A model generated the notes under the pieces. The model was not told the origin of the DNA. It saw nothing but the letters and a program-made list of their open reading frames with translations, and did no database searches. A DNA stretch of 45,310 nucleotides from Verrucomicrobiota bacterium (GTDB lineage Bacteria > Verrucomicrobiota > Verrucomicrobiia > Limisphaerales > CANJXF01): contig JBBQRQ010000035.1 of assembly GCA_038214755.1 (NCBI GenBank), positions 1-45,310 of the forward strand, written 5' to 3'. Made by a program: the position numbers and the translations under genes. Positions within the stretch are counted from its first letter, which is position 1. Every line of letters begins with the position of its first letter. This document shows, one piece after another, positions 43,948 through 45,310 of the stretch.

Positions 43948-45141
43948 TTAGAGGCGCCTTGTCTCGACATGAATTTTTTCCAGCCGCTCCACCACTCGGC
44001 GGGAGAACGGTTGCCAATCCAATTCCGCGCGAACTTTTTCGCTGGCGGCGCGACCGTAGGCGTGACGTTTTTCTAATGGCTCATCGAACCACGACAGAAC
44101 TTTTTCCGCGAAACTTTCCGGATTCATTTTGGAAAAACGGACAATCGGATTCTCGCCCCAATAACGCATCGTGCCGCGCAATGGAGTGATGACCATCGGA
44201 ATTCCCATCGCCGCGTATTCGACGGTTTTCGCCACCATCGTGCAATGAGCGCCGGTCGAGGTCGCATAAGGCACGATGCCAACCGTTGCGTCTTGGATTC
44301 GTTGCGCCACTTCGTTGTAAGGAATAAATCCAGTCGTCTCAATCGCAGAATCGGGAATGTGCGGTTTCAAAGTTGCCAAAACTTTTAGGAGTGCGTCGGT
44401 GCGGTGTCCAACGAAACGGAACCGGGTGTCGCGCCGCGCTTGATAAATTTTGATCAACGCCCGCGCGCCAAATTCGTTGATGTGATGATGATCGAGCGAG
44501 CCGTGCATCACGACGAGCGGAGTGGGCGCGGTTTGAAAAGTCGGCTGAAAAAGTTTTCCGTCGTAACCGAAATAAATTGGCAGCGTGCGTTCGGCGGGGT
44601 AGCCGGCGTTTTTAAACAGATCGGCCAATTCATCCGAGATGGTGAAAATTCCTTCGGCGTCATATTTGATTGGAAGGGAAAGTTCGTAGTCTTTCAAAAA
44701 TTTTACGACTGGCGTGGGCGCGAGAAGCTTTGGCCAGCTATCAAAATAACCGGTGAGATAATCCAAAAAATTCATGGCCACAGCGCAACCAAGTTGCCGG
44801 CGCAATCGGCCCGCCGCGACGCAAGAGATGGCATGTTGCGCGAGCAGAACATCGAACTTCACATTCTGCGCGGTGCGTTTGACGAGGCGTTCCAGAAAAA
44901 TTGGGTAAGCCAAATATTTGAGATTCCGCAGGGAGGCGTAACGACCCATTTTCCATGTCGTGAATGGATGAATTTTAATTCCGTATTTTTTTTCCGTCTC
45001 GGAAACTTTTTCGGATTGTGGAGCGAAGACGTGAACGAAGTGACCGCGCCGGACCATTTCTTCAACGAGATAAATTGCCTGCGACGAACCGCCGCCGCTC
45101 GGAGGAAAAAACGGTTCGTGAGTAAGAATGCCGACATTCAT
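43948..45141 (-). CDS. GT4-like (GT-B) glycosyltransferase
   Basis: EPFFPPSGGG, RRGH.VHV, TGFIPY and KTVEYAAMGIP motifs; start placed at ATG 45141. Confidence 0.85.
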   Translation of the reverse strand: MNVGILTHEPFFPPSGGGSSQAIYLVEEMVRRGHFVHVFAPQSEKVSETEKKYGIKIHPFTTWKMGRYASLRNLKYLAYPIFLERLVKRTAQNVKFDVLLAQHAISCVAAGRLRRQLGCAVAMNFLDYLTGYFDSWPKLLAPTPVVKFLKDYELSLPIKYDAEGIFTISDELADLFKNAGYPAERTLPIYFGYDGKLFQPTFQTAPTPLVVMHGSLDHHHINEFGARALIKIYQARRDTRFRFVGHRTDALLKVLATLKPHIPDSAIETTGFIPYNEVAQRIQDATVGIVPYATSTGAHCTMVAKTVEYAAMGIPMVITPLRGTMRYWGENPIVRFSKMNPESFAEKVLSWFDEPLEKRHAYGRAASEKVRAELDWQPFSRRVVERLEKIHVETRRL

Positions 45142-45197
45142 TGAACAGGAGATTGTAGCGGCGGGTCTGTGACCGCCGCAGATTTTAAAATACCGCG

Positions 45198-45288
45198 CCG
45201 GGTAGCATCTGCCTCCGGCGGGTGCGAAGAGACTTCCGCGAAAAGTGACAAAGTGACTTCGCACCCGCCAGAGGCAGATGCTACCCGG
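45198..45288. mobile_element. MITE/REPIN-like element, copy 3
   Basis: Same terminal inverted repeat with one mismatch; AAAGTGAC x2 inside; preceded by a TGTAGCGGCGGGTCTGTGACCGCC arm at 45154-45177. Confidence 0.75.
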
Positions 45289-45310
45289 AGCAGGCGTATC
45301 TGGCGGGCGC

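Noticed and set aside
45142..45264. N-terminal extension of the last GT4 ORF
   Set aside because: It runs through two repeat elements; the GT-B fold begins at MNVGIL (ATG 45141).
1..45310. Autonomous transposase, integrase or prophage genes
   Set aside because: No RAYT/IS200 HUH, DDE, tyrosine or serine recombinase, or phage structural motifs were recognised, so any mobility of the repeats would have to be in trans.

Overview
Bacterial chromosomal window, most likely Verrucomicrobiota (Pedosphaerales-like). This taxonomy is inferred from the DUF2723-TPR protein, a TIGR03067-type protein and an Ig-repeat surface protein ending in RFYRV. Bases 1-13946 hold a tightly coupled minus-strand glycan biosynthesis and export cluster just downstream of tRNA-Gly(CCC): a clan GH-A/GT2 fusion, a GT4, two ABC half-transporters, a CelD/BcsL-type GNAT, a PIG-L deacetylase, GT2 enzymes and a pyruvyl-transferase-like protein. 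Four catalytic modules in three of these proteins each carry the same ~120-aa domain, which I cannot assign to a family. The rest is housekeeping and accessory genes: SDR, GGT-family protein, mutM, ECF sigma/anti-sigma/DUF2723, rsmE-dnaJ-grpE, SWIM-SNF2 helicase, Rrf2, aroC, leuB, a mazEF-like pair, a deaminase, GH10, an amidohydrolase, a surface hydrolase, Fic, DUF1080 and a GT4. Many intergenic spaces contain REP/MITE-like palindromic elements, often nested and mixed with 7-8-nt tandem arrays. At least four such elements lie inside protein-coding genes without breaking the frame. There is also a collapsed hsdR remnant. All family assignments come from motif recognition, not database searches.
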